64,000 bases of DNA from Balanoglossus misakiensis (lineage: Eukaryota > Animalia > Hemichordata). This document shows, one piece after another, positions 60,294 through 64,000 of the stretch. The position numbers were made by a program, and so were the translations under genes. The stretch lies in the NCBI GenBank assembly GCA_040954595.2, contig CM082577.2, forward strand, positions 3,553,703 to 3,617,702, read 5' to 3'. Each line of letters begins with the position of its first letter. The stretch's first letter is position 1. The notes under the pieces are model-generated. The model searched no databases and had not been told where the DNA came from. It saw only the letters and a program-made list of their open reading frames with translations.

Positions 60294-63200
60294 TCACGCT
60301 TCTTCGGTACCATATGATTTTACACTCAATGAATTACTAAGCAGCATCTGTTGGGGATTATCTGTAGGACCATCTTCAGCTGTGAACAGACAACAAACAA
60401 ATATAAACAAAGAGACAATGAATATCTTTTAAAGGGTGACGATCGTCTTATGGGCATGTGCAAAACTCTGGCTACAAATATCAAAAGCTATTAAATTTGT
60501 CTATTTTAGGCTAAAAATCTATTACCAGGTACCGTTCATAACTTTCTGGGTAATTGTAATATACTGGTATATTCCAACTGACATATTCCATTAATTACAG
60601 GGAAAAGGGTCAGAAGACAAAGTATCATGCAATAAACCATTTTTACGGATGTAACTCCCATCAATAATATCATGCACGATTCATTTTAAACAACACCTTA
60701 ACTTACTAAAATCAGAACACATAATTTATGTTCACTGTATTGTGTTATCTAAACCACAGAATGTTTGCTATTCCTTAGCCATCATTGCGGCAACATCAAT
60801 ATGGATTTTTTGAAGTGAATGAGAATCGACAGAATGAACAACACGTAGGCATGTTCATTTCAGTATAGGAGACAGACAAAACTATCTTTACAAAATGATT
60901 ATTGATGACGTTGCAACAGCTGTTCCTGTTCCCTTTGTCGGGCAGGAAGCAATGTAACACTAGTTTTTAAAATAAGGTAAACCTAAAAATATAGCTATCA
61001 TGGATTCACCAATTTTACGGCAGTCTAATATAATCCACACTCAGCATCATAAGCTCAAGATGTCACATTAAGGCTTCATATATGACAGCGTGTAAAAGCC
61101 ATAAAAGTTAAGCTGAGCCAAGAGAGAGAGAAATCTACCCAGCATGCTTTCTGCCATGCAGGGTTCAAAGGTTAAATCCAGAGTTCTGATTTCATGCAAA
61201 TGATTCCTCATGCATGTTACATTACAAAGCTAAGTCCATGCTAAATACTTGCTAAGGTCTACCACCTAGAACTCCAAAAGATTAAAAAAAAACCACAAAT
61301 TTGCAAGTATATAGTTATACCACACTCTAAGCGAGAAATTTTGTGAAAACTACCGGAGATATACATTCACAGAGAGGTCAATTAACAGCACCGAAATTGG
61401 ATCTGAATTGAAACTGTAGGGATTTGTGTCCACCCCAGACTACAGATAGACAACCACCAACCTGTTTGTCCAAAAGACCCCAAAGTAGAATGCGCACAAG
61501 GCAGAGAAAAGAAGGCCTACTGTGCCACCCACGATGCAGTTCAAATACATCACCCACAATGCAACTGAAATCAGGGAGTTCAAATTCCAGTACATCGCAA
61601 ACTGGCATTGCACACTCACAGAGGGGGAAAAAGACCTTGTATGGAGAAAGTGAAGTGATCTTCCTACTGGCTGGTGTTCTTGACCACTAACATTTTTCCT
61701 ACAGCAGCACCTAGAGCATCATCCGCCACGCTGCGATCTTCATTGATAATTAATTCTGAACTCTCTGCATATTGTACAAGATTGGTCACTTTGTTTTTTG
61801 ATGAGAACGATCAAGTCCTTCCGACTATACCTTTTGAACCAGCCACAACCCGTGTGCACCTACAGGCCGTGTAAAGAACAACCAACTTGTACCCGTTACC
61901 CAGATGATAGTGGTTTACCCATTTCAGTTGTAACACACACCGTGTCCATTATCAGTTTGACACATTTTTTATGTGACTGCAAGTAAATTTTTACAGTTCC
62001 CGCACCAAAAAGTCCCACGACCCCCATCCACATCCATAGTCCCTCCGTCATCAGCCGTAACCCGTCCACCCCCCTGTATTAAACCCTCCTAAATCAACCA
62101 AGCATTGGCACTAAGAATAAAGGAACTCAATCACCTTTCTTAAAGTTTCCTAGTCTTTTGAAAAGCAAGTGGACGTGCGAACAATTTTGATTAACCCCTT
62201 CACCCCCAGTTCCCTCTATAGAGGTCCAACTTTACCACAGAAAACAATGGACTTGGACTGAACCATGGTGGTGAAAGGGTTAGAGGAGGTTCTTTAGCGG
62301 GAAAAGATAATACCCTTCTTTAACTTCAGTCTCCACCAAATTTAAGGTATATTTCTGTCGTTTTACTGTGTCAGTAAATTTCAACAGCATACTCAGTAGG
62401 GTTTTGATGAAGTTAAAGTTTAGAGTGACTGAACTTCAACATTTATCCCACTCTATAAACCCAGTAGATGAATTCTCAAAATCAGACACTTACCCACTAA
62501 TGAACTTATCGCATTATCGACTGTACTGTGACACACAAAACCTGAGATATCTGCTTTCTTGAACACTTCACTAATGGATTCCTACAAGTAAAATGAAATT
62601 ACACTTTATAACGGTGAAATCCTTCAAAAAGATTTTCATGAATAGGATTTTTTATATCCTTATTCTTTTCAAAATCAACTGTGAAAACTCTGTGAATATT
62701 GCTCTCACCTCTAGACCAGCAAAGACTAGTCTGACATCAGACCGTTGGAACTCATAAATCAGTTCTGTCATACCCTGGAAGCAAAAAAAACCCTCACAAC
62801 GTCAGCTACATGTGGAAGAAACCATGTGTTAATAGGTGAAACCTGAAATTTGAAAGGACCCGCATTCAAATAAAATCATGCACGTATTTAACCCTTTCAC
62901 CCCCAGTTTCTACTATTGAGATTTCACCTTACCATAGACTGAACCATGGTGGTGCAAATCTGGAAATTAGAGGGACAAAACAAATGCCTCTACCAAAGAC
63001 CAAACGTTGCACTGTCATACATACATGTATAGTTGTGTAGTCGATAGTATACATGTGTGAACAGTCCAAGATAACCGCCTTTGGTCGACTTCTTCCCAAA
63101 TCATGTTCCTCTCCGTCATCATCATCTTCATCATCGCTGCCATCCAATCCCTTGGACGCCACGGAGCTTGTGATGTGGTCCACTGCCGGATAGTGTATTC

Positions 63201-63993
63201 CGTGGGAAAACTTGAGAACTAAGATCTCTTTGTTGATGGCCTAGGAGGTCGAGTGCGGAAAGCGAAACATTTTGATAAGGGGAATACAGAGTCAGTGTAC
63301 ACATGCGGGGCTTTCTAAATACCAGATGTGGGCAAGACAATATGCAAAGAATTTGATATACAATGTATTCATAATAGGATACTAAAGTATATGAGACGTG
63401 ACACTTTTGGTCACATATGTTGCTTCACAGACACTCATCCTACATGTCAACACCCGTCATCCTGAGAACTACGGGACTGTCTTACAAAACTCCAACACTC
63501 ACCTTAACTCTTGGTTTGGCCGTCTTGTAAAGAACAACTAGAATGTCAACAGCAATACCGATAACGATTCCCAACTCAATTCCAAGAGTCAAGGAAAAGG
63601 CTATGGTGACGAACCACGGAATGAGATCCAGCTCTGAAATGAGAAAGAGAGATTTGGAAATTAAGCTAAGTTAACGAATGAACATTGGAGGGTTTTGATT
63701 ATAGAGACCCCTCTACTGCCCTTCTCGATACATAATACACAAAAACATAAGAATGCTAATCTAAAAATAATAAAATAGATGTGATCTGCGACTTACTCCA
63801 AACTTTCCAAAGTTCTACGATAATTTTACACTCAATCATCTGCAGCACGGCCATGATGATGACCGCAGCCAGCGCCGCTTTCGGAATGAATGCAAATGCC
63901 GGCGTCAGAAAGGCGAGGGCCAGCAACACTAGACTGCCGGTGAACACGCCGCCAAATGGGGTCTTCACTCCGCTTTGAGAATTGACTGCAGTT
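60294..63993 (-). CDS. SLC26A11: 3' part of an SLC26 sulfate/anion transporter, SLC26A11-like (late TM helices + STAS)
   Basis: Exons 63993-63797 (TAVNSQSGVKTPFGGVFTGSLVLLAL..IPKAALAAVIIMAV), 63633-63503, 63240-63025 (VILDCSHMYTIDYT, STAS), 62774-62709, 62581-62494 and probable last exon 60379-60294 (..SYGTEEA-stop); phases consistent. Subfamily assignment from motif recall. Confidence 0.82.
62195..62279. mobile_element. Short TTAA-associated (piggyBac-like) MITE; degenerate second copy at ~62888-62956
   Basis: TTAA-CCCCTTCACC...GGTGAAAGGG-TTAG; the second copy shares ttaaccctttcacccccagtt and gactgaaccatggtggtg. Confidence 0.55.
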
Positions 63994-64000
63994 CTGTAGG

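Overview
Intron-rich animal genomic DNA. The intronless TRIM-NHL gene and the CTL/VWD secreted proteins suggest a marine invertebrate deuterostome (hemichordate/echinoderm/amphioxus-like); this is inference. Two housekeeping genes flank the window: HID1 (- strand, final exon off the left edge) and an SLC26A11-like anion transporter (- strand, entering from the right edge). Between them lies a cluster of three related secreted genes. Genes A (15670-31317) and B (41166-53004) are 27-exon tandem paralogs of ~1630 aa: signal peptide / Ly6-uPAR-like Cys domain / [C-type lectin-VWD(GDPH)-C8-TIL-Cys/EGF-like]x2 / four beta-defensin-like modules / terminal VWD(GDPH). Gene C (- strand, 335 aa) is a minimal version: signal peptide / SKE repeats / one defensin-like module / VWD(GDPH). 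In all three, the terminal VWD has lost both cysteines of the disulfide that normally staples the GD|PH autocleavage fragments, suggesting a self-releasing defensin-like cargo system. Gene A, but not B, has an intronless antisense TRIM-NHL gene bracketed by tRNA-Lys(CTT) genes in one intron, plus a fourth, inverted tRNA-Lys forming an 80-bp perfect inverted repeat around four exons. The large HID1 intron holds candidate microexons (27 nt, and a 1-nt + 29-nt pair). Also present: several MITEs, microsatellites and a 5.6-kb array of an 88-bp satellite. All gene models were built by hand from splice signals and frame/phase continuity; no database searches were run.
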